Assembly (NCBI GenBank): GCA_037129245.1
Contig: JBAXVE010000002.1
Location: 23,441 to 87,440, forward strand
Reading direction: 5' to 3'
Origin: Desulfuromonadales bacterium
GTDB taxonomy: Bacteria; Desulfobacterota; Desulfuromonadia; Geobacterales; Pseudopelobacteraceae
DNA length: 64,000 bases
Each line of letters begins with the position of its first letter. Positions within the stretch are counted from its first letter, which is position 1. Below the pieces are notes generated by a model that saw nothing but the letters and a program-made list of their open reading frames with translations, was not told where the DNA came from and did not search any database. A program made the position numbers and the translations under genes. Shown piece after piece: positions 18,588 through 27,065 of this stretch.

Positions 18588-18815
18588 ATGATCACCCTTC
18601 CCCTTGAACAGCGCCTGGAAATCCTGGCCGACAGCGCCAAGTATGATGTCTCCTGCTCCTCCAGCGGCAGCAGCCGTGGCGGCAAGGCGGGCTCCCTCGG
18701 CAGTACGGCGTCCAGCGGCATCTGCCACACCTGGACCGCCGATGGCCGCTGCATCTCGCTGCTGAAAATCCTCCTCACCAACGCCTGCATCTACGACTGC
18801 GCCTACTGCACAAAC
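18588..18815 (+). pseudogene. 5' fragment of a 'putative DNA modification/repair radical SAM protein' (TIGR03916-like), truncated just after the CX3CX2C motif
   Basis: LEILADSAKYDVSCSSSG...GICHTWTADGRCISLLKILLTNACIYDCAYC matches the N-terminus of this family as I recall it. After CAYCTN the frame becomes Pro/Gly-rich junk and GC drops. About 300 aa of a normal protein are missing. Confidence 0.6.
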
Positions 18816-18982
18816 CAACCCCATGGACCCCGACCGCCCGAAAAAACTAGGCTGGCGGGTCATGGTGCCCCCGGTTATGAAAAAGACTTTAAAAACATGC
18901 AAAGTAAGAGGACGTGTGGGCCAAGAAGGGTGGCTGAACGAGGAAAAGACAGCATCAAATTCAAGAATAACGGGAAATTTAC

Positions 18983-19237
18983 TCAGTAATGATAACGACA
19001 GGCGATAATTACAATCTCTGTTTCTTCCACTTGGTAGACAAGACGATGTTCACGGTCGATCCTACGAGACCAGCAACCTGCAAGCTGAAAACGTAGGGGT
19101 TCCGGCTTTCCTGTCCCCTCAAAAGGGGTTCGACGAATTTCTTCAAAAAGCGCTAAAATCCTTTCGGACTGGCGCTTGTCCGTCTTAAGCCAATAGCGCA
19201 GATCATCTAAGGCTGTCGGAGTGAGAGTGACATTCAT
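18983..19237 (-). CDS. yoeB: YoeB/Txe family toxin (ribosome-dependent mRNA interferase)
   Basis: 84 aa. DLRYWLKTDKR..., GKPEPL, WSRRIDREHRLVY and the C-terminal RYHY are canonical YoeB. Confidence 0.9.
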   Translation of the reverse strand: MNVTLTPTALDDLRYWLKTDKRQSERILALFEEIRRTPFEGTGKPEPLRFQLAGCWSRRIDREHRLVYQVEETEIVIIACRYHY

Positions 19238-19488
19238 AGTCCAAGAGCATCCAAAGATGTTCGTTTACCAGACTGGGCATCTTTGATAGATTGCATTAGC
19301 CGCGCTGCATTGGCAGGGCTAGAAAGCAGATATTCACTTTCCATGAGAGATTCATAGTCTTCCAGGCTTAAGAGAACTACACTTTCGCTCTTACGCCGCG
19401 TAATCAGGATCGGCTCGTGGTTACTACAAGCTTCGTCCATGAAATTTTTAAGACCATGTCGTGCTTCGCTGTATGAAACGGCCTGCAT
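19234..19488 (-). CDS. yefM: YefM/Phd family antitoxin
   Basis: MQAVSYSEARHGLKNFMDEA...EPILITRR...VVLLSLEDYESLMESEYLL is canonical YefM. The stop overlaps the yoeB ATG (ATGA). GGAGG lies upstream of ATG 19488. Confidence 0.9.
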   Translation of the reverse strand: MQAVSYSEARHGLKNFMDEACSNHEPILITRRKSESVVLLSLEDYESLMESEYLLSSPANAARLMQSIKDAQSGKRTSLDALGL

Positions 19489-19513
19489 AATTGACCTCCG
19501 AAATGACAAGATG

Positions 19514-19521
19514 TTGTACAA
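19514..19521. promoter_or_regulatory. candidate YefM-YoeB operator core (TTGTACAA palindrome)
   Basis: A perfect 8-bp palindrome containing TGTACA lies 26-33 nt upstream of the yefM ATG. TGTACA is the core hexamer of characterised yefM-yoeB operators. Confidence 0.4.
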
Positions 19522-19676
19522 TAGCATGCAGCCATTTAACTTGCAAGTATAAGCCTGAGGATTAAATCTATGCCGCTCTGTGGCAACGCTATTTTCAGCG
19601 CCATGCTATCCCGGAGCGGCATAATCCCGAACTTCAGCAGCATGTGCGCTGCGTTATCGAAAGCATCTGACAGAGT

Positions 19677-21344
19677 TTACAGCCCGGAAATCTCCCTCTC
19701 CTTCGGATATTCCACGATAATTCCGAACGTCAACTCCTTCTTGTCGCCCGGCTGGAGCGGTGTTTTCCAGGTAACTGTGCCGTCACTCTTCATCTCGTCA
19801 GGCTTTACTGACGGGTCATCCAGAGTCACCTTGATCTCTTCATCACCGGCAACCGGCAGCTGGTCACGGAGTATGACGGTCAACGGCTCCTTACGGAAAT
19901 TGGCCAACTCAATGCGGTAGCGGTAGCTGACCCTGTTTTTACCGAAGACACCTGCCTCTTTGTGCTGCTTCAGCTCTTCACGCTTGACCGTGACCTGATC
20001 GTCGTTACCAAAAAACAGGTCGAATTTATCTCCCGCAGCAACCTTCTTAAGCTGAGAGCTCCCGGTGAACGTCGTACCGGTAAAGGTGTTGACTTTGCCG
20101 GCCAGCAGCGGATAGGTGAAGCGGTTGACAATTTCGGATTTGAGGAATACCGATGGCGACAGTTTCGGAATGGCCATAAACTCAATGGCAACCGGCACGT
20201 TTTCCACCGATACCACACTGCCATGTCGTGTGCCATCCGAAGGGATGGTCAGCTGGCGGGGAATTTTGAACATGACGGATGTCTGTTCGCCGCTGACCTG
20301 GGCTGTGGCAAATGCGGCAGCCACATCCTCGGCGACTCCTTCTTCGGACCCGGCACCTGCCTTCATCCTGCGGTCGGCTTTTTTAGCCTTTGCTGCCGGA
20401 AGTGGTGCCGGCATCGACATCTGCGCTGCCATGGGGGGGGACGGGCGGTAGGCCGATACCTGCCAGGGGTGCAGCTCAGGCGGTGCTCCACCGGCCGCCG
20501 GACGTGCGGTAGAGAGTGTCAGGTTGACGTTGTTCCAGTCCTCGCCGGTCAGCTGACGCACCATCGCGCGGAAGGTGAAATCGGCTGTTTTGGCATCAGC
20601 CGCGAGTCGTACATCATAGGTTGGCTCCCAGGCCGCCTGCATGGTAACCGCCGCAAGCTCAAGCGTCAGGCTTCCCTCCTGGGCGACCTCAACCGTAACT
20701 TCGACTGTTTTTGTCTCTTTCCGGCGGTATCCGCTCGATTCCTCCTGCTGACGACGCAACGCATCAACCTTATCCCGGATATTCTTTTTCTCGTTCTCTA
20801 TATCGCGAAACTGCTCTTCAACCTTGGTAACCCCCGAAGCGACAAAACTGGATGCATCAAGCAGTTCAGCAGATGTGGGGCGCCCGATGGCGAGCTCTTT
20901 GGAGATACGGTCACCCCAGGCAACCCGGATTGACTCGAAAAATGATTTCTGGGCCGTGAGGCCGGTTTTTTTGGCGTCCAGCGCACCGCTGCGGCGCTCC
21001 AGCACACGGATTTCCTCTTCAAGTTCCTTGCTCCGTTTGTCAGGTGCCTGCTCAAGGAATTGTCGTCTGATTTCAAGGCCGGCAATGGTTGTGGCGGCGC
21101 TCCCCTTGCCGTCAACACGAACAGAGTCATCCTGAATCAGTGCCGGGAGGCCCTCGAAAAGGAACTGGTAGGTACCGGGTTTGAGGGATGTAAGTGTGCT
21201 GCTGCGCGTCGTGAGGGCGCGGTCGTTGTACACCGTCACGGCGGTGATGCTCGATGCAAGGGGTATCCGCTTTATCTCAGCGGAAAAAACCACCGATGGG
21301 AGAAGCATGAACGCCAGGGCAGACACAAGATTGAGAATTTTCAT
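19677..21344 (-). CDS. secreted DUF4140/DUF4139 (TIGR02231, MuiA-like) protein
   Basis: Has a signal peptide (MKILNLVSALAFMLLPSVVFSA). The N-terminal ITAVTVYNDRALTTR...L.PG...F.GLP..I..DSVRVDG pattern fits the family, with a central coiled coil. AAGGAG lies upstream of the ATG. Confidence 0.7.
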   Translation of the reverse strand: MKILNLVSALAFMLLPSVVFSAEIKRIPLASSITAVTVYNDRALTTRSSTLTSLKPGTYQFLFEGLPALIQDDSVRVDGKGSAATTIAGLEIRRQFLEQAPDKRSKELEEEIRVLERRSGALDAKKTGLTAQKSFFESIRVAWGDRISKELAIGRPTSAELLDASSFVASGVTKVEEQFRDIENEKKNIRDKVDALRRQQEESSGYRRKETKTVEVTVEVAQEGSLTLELAAVTMQAAWEPTYDVRLAADAKTADFTFRAMVRQLTGEDWNNVNLTLSTARPAAGGAPPELHPWQVSAYRPSPPMAAQMSMPAPLPAAKAKKADRRMKAGAGSEEGVAEDVAAAFATAQVSGEQTSVMFKIPRQLTIPSDGTRHGSVVSVENVPVAIEFMAIPKLSPSVFLKSEIVNRFTYPLLAGKVNTFTGTTFTGSSQLKKVAAGDKFDLFFGNDDQVTVKREELKQHKEAGVFGKNRVSYRYRIELANFRKEPLTVILRDQLPVAGDEEIKVTLDDPSVKPDEMKSDGTVTWKTPLQPGDKKELTFGIIVEYPKEREISGL

Positions 21345-21379
21345 GGATGGAGCTCCTTGTGGAGGATTAGGACGAAAAT

Positions 21380-21814
21380 TTACGGGCGGCCCTTTGCGGA
21401 GCGTCGCCCTCCGCTGCGAGCCGTTTTTGAAGCAGCGCCAACTTCCTGCCGGTTCGTGCGGGATGCCGGAGACGGACGCTCGCTACTCTTTTCATGCTGT
21501 GCAGCAGGCGCCCTTTTGGCGCCGGGGAATTTCTTCCGGACGGCAGCACCCTTGACCGGACGATCCTTCTGCGGTTTGGCAACGCTGACCGTAATCACAC
21601 GGTCGATGAGCCATGCACCATCGAGGGTTTCCACCACTTCTTTAAGATCAACCTCGGCCAGCATCCGCACGTAGCCGCACCGTTTGAACTCACCGGTTTC
21701 CTGATCAACGATCAGGTGCACCGAGGTAACGACACCCATCACTGAAAACAGTTTGCGCAGATCCTCTTCTGTGGCCTGCTCGGAGATATGTCCAACGTAC
21801 AGTTCCTTTGCCAT
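21380..21814 (-). CDS. RRM-type RNA-binding protein with basic disordered tail
   Basis: RNP2 LYVGHI and RNP1-like RCGYVRM are present in an approximately 80-aa RRM. An Arg/Lys/Pro/Ala-rich tail of about 60 aa follows. AAGGAG SD. Confidence 0.85.
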   Translation of the reverse strand: MAKELYVGHISEQATEEDLRKLFSVMGVVTSVHLIVDQETGEFKRCGYVRMLAEVDLKEVVETLDGAWLIDRVITVSVAKPQKDRPVKGAAVRKKFPGAKRAPAAQHEKSSERPSPASRTNRQEVGAASKTARSGGRRSAKGRP

Positions 21815-21823
21815 AATTACTCC

Positions 21824-22588
21824 TTACTGCATCTCCCGGTGAATGGCAAACGGTCCCCAGCTCTGATCAATCGACATCAGCTCCAGGGTATTGACGTTGA
21901 CATGGGGTGGCTGGCTGACTACCCAGTGGACGGTTTCGGCAATATCTACGGCCCGCAGCGGTTCCGTGCCCTGATAGACCTGTGCGGCTTTGTCACCGTC
22001 ACCTTTGAAGCGGACGTTAGAAAACTCGGTTTCGGCCATACCGGGCTGGATACAGGTTACCCTGACGCGCGTCCCGAGCAGGTCACAGCGCAGGTTGCGT
22101 GAAAACTGGGTCACAAATGCTTTGGTGCCGCCGTAGACATTCCCCCCCGGATAGGGCCAGTTACCGGCAGCGGAGCTGATGTTGACAATATGGCCGCGGT
22201 TACGGGCGACCATTCCGGGAAGTACGAAGCGGGTACAGTACATCAACCCCTTGATGTTCGTATCGACCATCGTCTCCCAGTCATCGAGATCAACCTGATG
22301 GGCCGGTTCAAGCCCCAGGGCCAGTCCGGCATTGTTGATCAGTACGTCGATGCTGCGGAAGCGTTCCGGCAACGATTCGACAGCTCCCTGCACTGTTTCG
22401 CGGTCACGGACATCGAGCGGTATGATCTGTACGTCCGCCTGCGCTGAAAGCTCATCCTGCAGCCTGAGCAGCGGATCGATGCGTCGAGCGGTCAACACCA
22501 GGCGGTTGCCGTTCACGGCGAATATCCTGGCGCAGGCTTCGCCGAAACCCGCCGAAGCACCGGTGATAAAAAATGTTTGAGGGTTCAT
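21824..22588 (-). CDS. SDR family NADP-dependent oxidoreductase (YdfG-like)
   Basis: TGASAGFG, NNAG and YGGTKAF (YxxxK) are present. ATG 22588 is preceded by AGGAGG. Confidence 0.85.
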   Translation of the reverse strand: MNPQTFFITGASAGFGEACARIFAVNGNRLVLTARRIDPLLRLQDELSAQADVQIIPLDVRDRETVQGAVESLPERFRSIDVLINNAGLALGLEPAHQVDLDDWETMVDTNIKGLMYCTRFVLPGMVARNRGHIVNISSAAGNWPYPGGNVYGGTKAFVTQFSRNLRCDLLGTRVRVTCIQPGMAETEFSNVRFKGDGDKAAQVYQGTEPLRAVDIAETVHWVVSQPPHVNVNTLELMSIDQSWGPFAIHREMQ

Positions 22589-22623
22589 CAGGAGGCCTCC
22601 TGGCAATCCGGTACGTGAGGAAA

Positions 22624-23565
22624 TTAAACCACCAGCCGGTCGTCCTTGTAGCCGGCATTGACTTCAAGCGCCTCTGAAATAGAGCGGATAGCGACCTCAA
22701 GCTGGCTGTCGTCCGGTTCGCGGGTTGTCAACCGCTGCAGACCTAAACCTGGGGCAATCACCAGCTTTACCAGCGGGTGGCTGTCGTTCGTGGCGCTCCA
22801 TTTGAGGAATTCATAAGAGATGCCGGCAATCATCGGCAACAGTATGATACGGGAGCCGGCCTTGAGATAAAACGGCCAGAGTTTGGGGATCAGCGAGAAT
22901 ACGGCGATGCTGACCAGCATGACGATCAGCAGAAAACTGGTGCCGCAGCGGGGATGCAGGCGGCTGTAGCCACGAACGTTCTCTACCGTCAGTTCGTCGC
23001 CGGCTTCGAAGGCGAAGATAGATTTGTGCTCGGCACCATGATACTGGAACACCCGCTGGATGTCCTCCATACGGGAGATGGCCCAGATGTAGAGCAGAAA
23101 GACGATTACCCGGATAACGCCGTCCACCAGGTTGAAGACAACATTGTTGTCGCCGATGACCGGAGTCAGCAGTTTGGTAAGGTAGAGCGGAAAGAGGAAA
23201 AACAGGCAGATACCGAAACCGAAGGCCATCGCCATGGTGCCGGCCATCGCCCAGGAGGAAAGCTCGCCGTTACCCTGTCCGGCTCCGTTTTTCTTGGCTT
23301 CCAGTTCTTTTTCGTCGTCGCTCATGGCCTCGTTGGCCGAGAAATTGAGCGCCTTGATGCCGATAATCAGCGAAGTAAAGAGAGCAACCGCACCGCGCAG
23401 AACCGGCAGCTTGACTATCGGAAAACGCTCCGACAGAGGAACCACCAGCTCTTTTTTGACGATTATCTGGCCATCGGGGCGACGTACCGCAATGGCAACC
23501 GAACGGGGAGCCCGCATCATGACACCCTCAATAACCGCCTGACCTCCTACGTGTATCTTATCCAT
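22624..23565 (-). CDS. DUF1385 family membrane protein
   Basis: The N-terminal [13 protein letters not shown] plus YHGAEHK motif is typical of DUF1385. ATG 23565 has AAGAGG upstream. An alternative ATG at 23583 overlaps the thyX stop. Confidence 0.8.
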   Translation of the reverse strand: MDKIHVGGQAVIEGVMMRAPRSVAIAVRRPDGQIIVKKELVVPLSERFPIVKLPVLRGAVALFTSLIIGIKALNFSANEAMSDDEKELEAKKNGAGQGNGELSSWAMAGTMAMAFGFGICLFFLFPLYLTKLLTPVIGDNNVVFNLVDGVIRVIVFLLYIWAISRMEDIQRVFQYHGAEHKSIFAFEAGDELTVENVRGYSRLHPRCGTSFLLIVMLVSIAVFSLIPKLWPFYLKAGSRIILLPMIAGISYEFLKWSATNDSHPLVKLVIAPGLGLQRLTTREPDDSQLEVAIRSISEALEVNAGYKDDRLVV

Positions 23566-23579
23566 GCAGCCTCTTTCGG

Positions 23580-24272
23580 TCATGCAAGATTCTTGTAAAA
23601 TTCCCTGACCTCAGCGGTCTGACCGCAGCAGAATTTACCTTCCGGACAGGGACCTGCCACGCACCCCGGCCCCGCCTGACGGAAAATAACCGGCGCAATT
23701 TTCATCACCAGCCGCAGCATCTCGACACTCATCTCGCGGATCTCCCACTGGGCCCGCTGACAGCAGCGCAGGGCGAAAAAGTGCAACAGCTCGCGGGCGT
23801 TCATGGTCATGATAATCTTTGTTTCCGTGGCGTTGGGGAGGATATAGCGGGCGTCTTCGGCCGGAATCCCCATTTCGATCAACTGGGCGTAGGCCTTATG
23901 AACGGTCTCGGACATGAAGGCAAAAATCTGACGCGCCTCGGCGTTGCCGGCAATCGTGTCCGGCATGATGGAGGTAAACTCTTCGGTATGCGACACGTAC
24001 CGCTGGGACTGCTGGGAAAAGGAAGCAATACGGTGACGCACCAGCTGGTGAGTGGTGACGCGGGAAATGCCTTCGATGCCGAAGGTGAAGGACGCATGCT
24101 CAAGCACTGAATGGTGCCCCAGTGACATGATCTTGTCCAGAAACGATTCGATGTCTGAAGCCGCCAGCTTTTCCCGTAAATCACCGATTGAGGATGGTGA
24201 ATAACAGAGGCGGGCAGCCAGCGCCACGGTGCGTTCCGGATTGGGAGTGTGTTCGATCAGGGTAACGTTCAT
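23580..24272 (-). CDS. thyX: FAD-dependent thymidylate synthase
   Basis: The ThyX signature RHRIASFSQQSQRY (RHRxxSxxxxSxR) is present. 230 aa. Confidence 0.95.
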   Translation of the reverse strand: MNVTLIEHTPNPERTVALAARLCYSPSSIGDLREKLAASDIESFLDKIMSLGHHSVLEHASFTFGIEGISRVTTHQLVRHRIASFSQQSQRYVSHTEEFTSIMPDTIAGNAEARQIFAFMSETVHKAYAQLIEMGIPAEDARYILPNATETKIIMTMNARELLHFFALRCCQRAQWEIREMSVEMLRLVMKIAPVIFRQAGPGCVAGPCPEGKFCCGQTAEVREFYKNLA

Positions 24273-24301
24273 GATGTCTCGGACGTGAAATTCATCGGGA
24301 G

Positions 24302-24337
24302 AAAAAAAAGGGGATTTGCCTTACGACAAAGCCCCTT
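24302..24337 (-). terminator. intrinsic terminator downstream of rpmE
   Basis: The minus strand reads AAGGGGCTTTGTC-GTAA-GGCAAATCCCCTT followed by TTTTTT. That is a 12-bp stem with one mismatch, a GTAA loop and a U-tract. Confidence 0.8.
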
Positions 24338-24359
24338 CGTGTTCCCGGCTGACGGATGG

Positions 24360-24560
24360 CTATATCTGACCGTAGCGCTTTTTGAAACGGTCTACGCGAC
24401 CAGCGGTATCAACAAGTTTCTGCTTGCCGGTGTAAAACGGGTGGCAGGCGGAGCAGATCTCGGTATTGATCTCCTTGCGAGTCGAACGGGTCTGGAACGT
24501 ATTACCGCACAGGCACTTTACAGTAATATCCGAATAAACAGGGTGAATTCCTTCTTTCAT
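24360..24560 (-). CDS. rpmE: 50S ribosomal protein L31 (Zn-ribbon type)
   Basis: MKEGIHP..., the CxC...CxxC cysteines and FYTGKQK are present. 66 aa. GGAGGAAG SD. Confidence 0.95.
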   Translation of the reverse strand: MKEGIHPVYSDITVKCLCGNTFQTRSTRKEINTEICSACHPFYTGKQKLVDTAGRVDRFKKRYGQI

Positions 24561-24686
24561 TACTTCCTCCTTCAGTAGTGCGCTTTCAAAAAATTTGGTT
24601 TCTGGACATACGGGTAAGTATCAATAGTAGCCATTATCTGCTCTCTTTGCAACAGATTTCTGACGCACGCTGCTACATGGCTCCTG

Positions 24687-25934
24687 CTATTTTGACATTG
24701 AGTCCAGGAATGCCTGATTGTTCTTGGCTTCCGAAAGTTTATCCAGCAGGAACTCCATGCTGTCCACCACGTTCATGGGGTGGATAATCTTGCGCAGGAT
24801 CCAGATCCGGTTCAGCGAGGTTTTTTCTATCAGCAGTTCTTCTTTGCGGGTGCCGGACTTGTTGATGTCAATTGCCGGGAAGGTACGTTTCTCGACCAGT
24901 TTTCTGTCGAGATGAAGCTCCATGTTGCCGGTTCCCTTGAACTCTTCGAAGATGACCTCGTCCATTTTGCTGCCGGTGTCAACCAGCGCCGTGGCGATGA
25001 TGGTCAGAGACCCGCCTTCTTCGATGTTGCGGGCTGCACCGAAAAAACGCTTCGGTTTCTGCAGGGCGTTGGCATCAACGCCGCCAGTAAGGATCTTGCC
25101 GGACGGCGGTAGTACCGTGTTGTAGGCCCGGGCCAGACGGGTGATGGAGTCCAGCAGGATAACGACGTCCTTTTTATGCTCCACCAGACGCTTGGCCTTC
25201 TCGATTACCATTTCCGCGACCTGGACGTGGCGGGTTGCCGGCTCGTCAAAGGTGGAGGAAACCACCTCGCCGTTGACCGAGCGCTGCATGTCCGTAACTT
25301 CTTCCGGCCGCTCGTCGATCAGTAGAACGATCAGATACACTTCGGGGTGATTGGCGGCTATGGAGTTGGCGATGTTCTGGATGAGCACCGTTTTACCGGT
25401 GCGGGGCGGGGCCACAATCAGGCCGCGCTGCCCTTTGCCGATCGGTGCCACCAGTTCAATCACGCGCATCGGCATGTTGTCCGGTGCGGTCTCGAGGTTG
25501 AGTTTCTCCAGCGGATAGAGCGGCGTCAGGTTGTCGAAGAGTATTTTGTCGCGGGCAATTTCTGGCGACTCATGGTTGACAGACTCGACTTTCAGCAGCG
25601 CAAAGTAGCGTTCGCCTTCCTTGGGTGGCCTGATCTGCCCGGAGACCGTGTCACCGGTGCGCAGGTTGAAGCGCCGGATCTGACTTGGCGAGACATAGAT
25701 GTCGTCTGGACCGGGAAGATAGTTGTAGTCGGTCGCACGCAGAAAGCCGAAACCATCCTGCAGCGTTTCCAGGACGCCTTCGCCGAATATTGAGCCGTTC
25801 TGTTCAGTCTGGGCATTCAGAATGGCAAAGATCAGGTCCTGCTTGCGCAGACTGGATGCACCCTCAATGTTAAGGTCGCGGGCGATGGCGTTGAGTTCGC
25901 TGATTTTCTTCCCTTTGAGTTCCTGTAAATTCAT
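24687..25934 (-). CDS. rho: transcription termination factor Rho
   Basis: The N-terminal [25 protein letters not shown], the RNA-binding domain GFGFLR, Walker [18 protein letters not shown] and the C-terminal [13 protein letters not shown] are all present. Start at the internal ATG with GGAG. Confidence 0.97.
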   Translation of the reverse strand: MNLQELKGKKISELNAIARDLNIEGASSLRKQDLIFAILNAQTEQNGSIFGEGVLETLQDGFGFLRATDYNYLPGPDDIYVSPSQIRRFNLRTGDTVSGQIRPPKEGERYFALLKVESVNHESPEIARDKILFDNLTPLYPLEKLNLETAPDNMPMRVIELVAPIGKGQRGLIVAPPRTGKTVLIQNIANSIAANHPEVYLIVLLIDERPEEVTDMQRSVNGEVVSSTFDEPATRHVQVAEMVIEKAKRLVEHKKDVVILLDSITRLARAYNTVLPPSGKILTGGVDANALQKPKRFFGAARNIEEGGSLTIIATALVDTGSKMDEVIFEEFKGTGNMELHLDRKLVEKRTFPAIDINKSGTRKEELLIEKTSLNRIWILRKIIHPMNVVDSMEFLLDKLSEAKNNQAFLDSMSK

Positions 25935-26170
25935 CTGGTCTCCTGCATGAAATGTTGTGTGGCAGTTATTAAGACCCGCCTGCGCCAATGGAAGCGGATT
26001 ATTGTTTTAGAGAGAAATTTCAAGCGCGATGGGGAAGCTGACCTGTGTTGGATACGTGAGTTCTCCGGGGTGTGTTCTTTTCTTTCAGGGTTCCTGTGTG
26101 CAGCAGCGTGAAGATTCGTAAAGGGGTTTCAGTCCGGGTACCAATTGGGTGTTTGTTTGAGGTGGAAGTG

Positions 26171-26200
26171 ACGTTACCCTCTGCATCGCAGGCTTGTCAA
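26171..26200 (-). promoter_or_regulatory. candidate sigma-70 promoter for rho, with an approximately 230-nt leader
   Basis: The minus strand reads TTGACA-N18-TAACGT in the tcdA-rho gap. Confidence 0.3.
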
Positions 26201-26243
26201 GAGAAAAACAGCGTGGCGGTCGTAAAATAATCATCCGGCAGTT

Positions 26244-27023
26244 CTATTTTTGTATACCCTCCGTCAGCAGAGCGTTCACGGCAACGCCCGCCATAGTCAG
26301 TCCGAAGATTGACGGAATATACGAAATGCTGCCGAGAATCACGCGGCGATGTTCACATCTAAAGAGCTGCTCCGACCGGTTGGGGCAGATGCACTCCGTC
26401 CCGCAGACGCCTGCTGTGCCCTGATCAAGCTCTCGATGCGTTTCGGTGGAGTAGACGACCTGTACTCCCGAGGTTATACCGGATTTTTTCAGTATTTTTC
26501 TCATACTGCGGGCCATGCGGCAATTTCTTGTGGCGGATATGTCCGACACCTCTATTTTGGCAGGATCGAGCTTGTTGGCCGCCCCCATGCTTGAAAGTAC
26601 CGGAATTCCCTGCTCACGGCAGACCGTTATCAGCGCGGCTTTGGCGGTAAAGTGGTCAATCGCATCGAGCACGTAATCAGGGCGCGGGCCAAGCAGCTCA
26701 CCGGCATTCTCGCGGGAAAAGAAGGACTTGACCGGCACGATATCAGCTGCCGGGTTTATGTCGCGCAGCCGCCCGGCCATGACGTCAACTTTGGCTCTGC
26801 CGACCGTGCTTGAGAGGGCGTGGATCTGGCGATTTATGTTGGTGAGGCAGATATCGTCAAAGTCCACCAGCGTAATTCTGCCGATCCCTGCACGTCCAAG
26901 TGCTTCGGCCGCATAGCTGCCAACACCACCGATGCCGCAGATCATAACGTGCCGGGTAGCAAGGTGGGCGAGTCCCTGCGCGCCAATAAGCAGTTCCGTG
27001 CGGGAGAAGCGGTTGAGAGCCAT
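26244..27023 (-). CDS. tcdA: tRNA threonylcarbamoyladenosine (t6A) dehydratase TcdA/CsdL (ThiF/E1-like)
   Basis: RFSRTELLIG..., the nucleotide-binding loop ICGIGGVGSYAAEALGRAGIG and DFDDICLTNINRQ are present. Confidence 0.85.
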   Translation of the reverse strand: MALNRFSRTELLIGAQGLAHLATRHVMICGIGGVGSYAAEALGRAGIGRITLVDFDDICLTNINRQIHALSSTVGRAKVDVMAGRLRDINPAADIVPVKSFFSRENAGELLGPRPDYVLDAIDHFTAKAALITVCREQGIPVLSSMGAANKLDPAKIEVSDISATRNCRMARSMRKILKKSGITSGVQVVYSTETHRELDQGTAGVCGTECICPNRSEQLFRCEHRRVILGSISYIPSIFGLTMAGVAVNALLTEGIQK

Positions 27024-27065
27024 TTATGTGGTTACCTGTTTCAATGTCATTGCCATCCAGTCGCT

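Noticed and set aside
18816-19008. The tail of ORF 18588-18989 and ORF 18823-19008, considered as possible small novel proteins between the radical SAM fragment and yoeB.
   Set aside because: The sequence is Pro/Gly/Lys-rich, without motifs or an RBS, and overlaps the yoeB 3' end. It is best explained as read-through of the truncated gene into inserted DNA.
22624-23583. An ATGA translational coupling between thyX and DUF1385, using ATG 23583.
   Set aside because: ATG 23565 has a proper AAGAGG RBS and gives the family-typical N-terminus ([18 protein letters not shown]). The overlap start has no SD, so coupling is not claimed.
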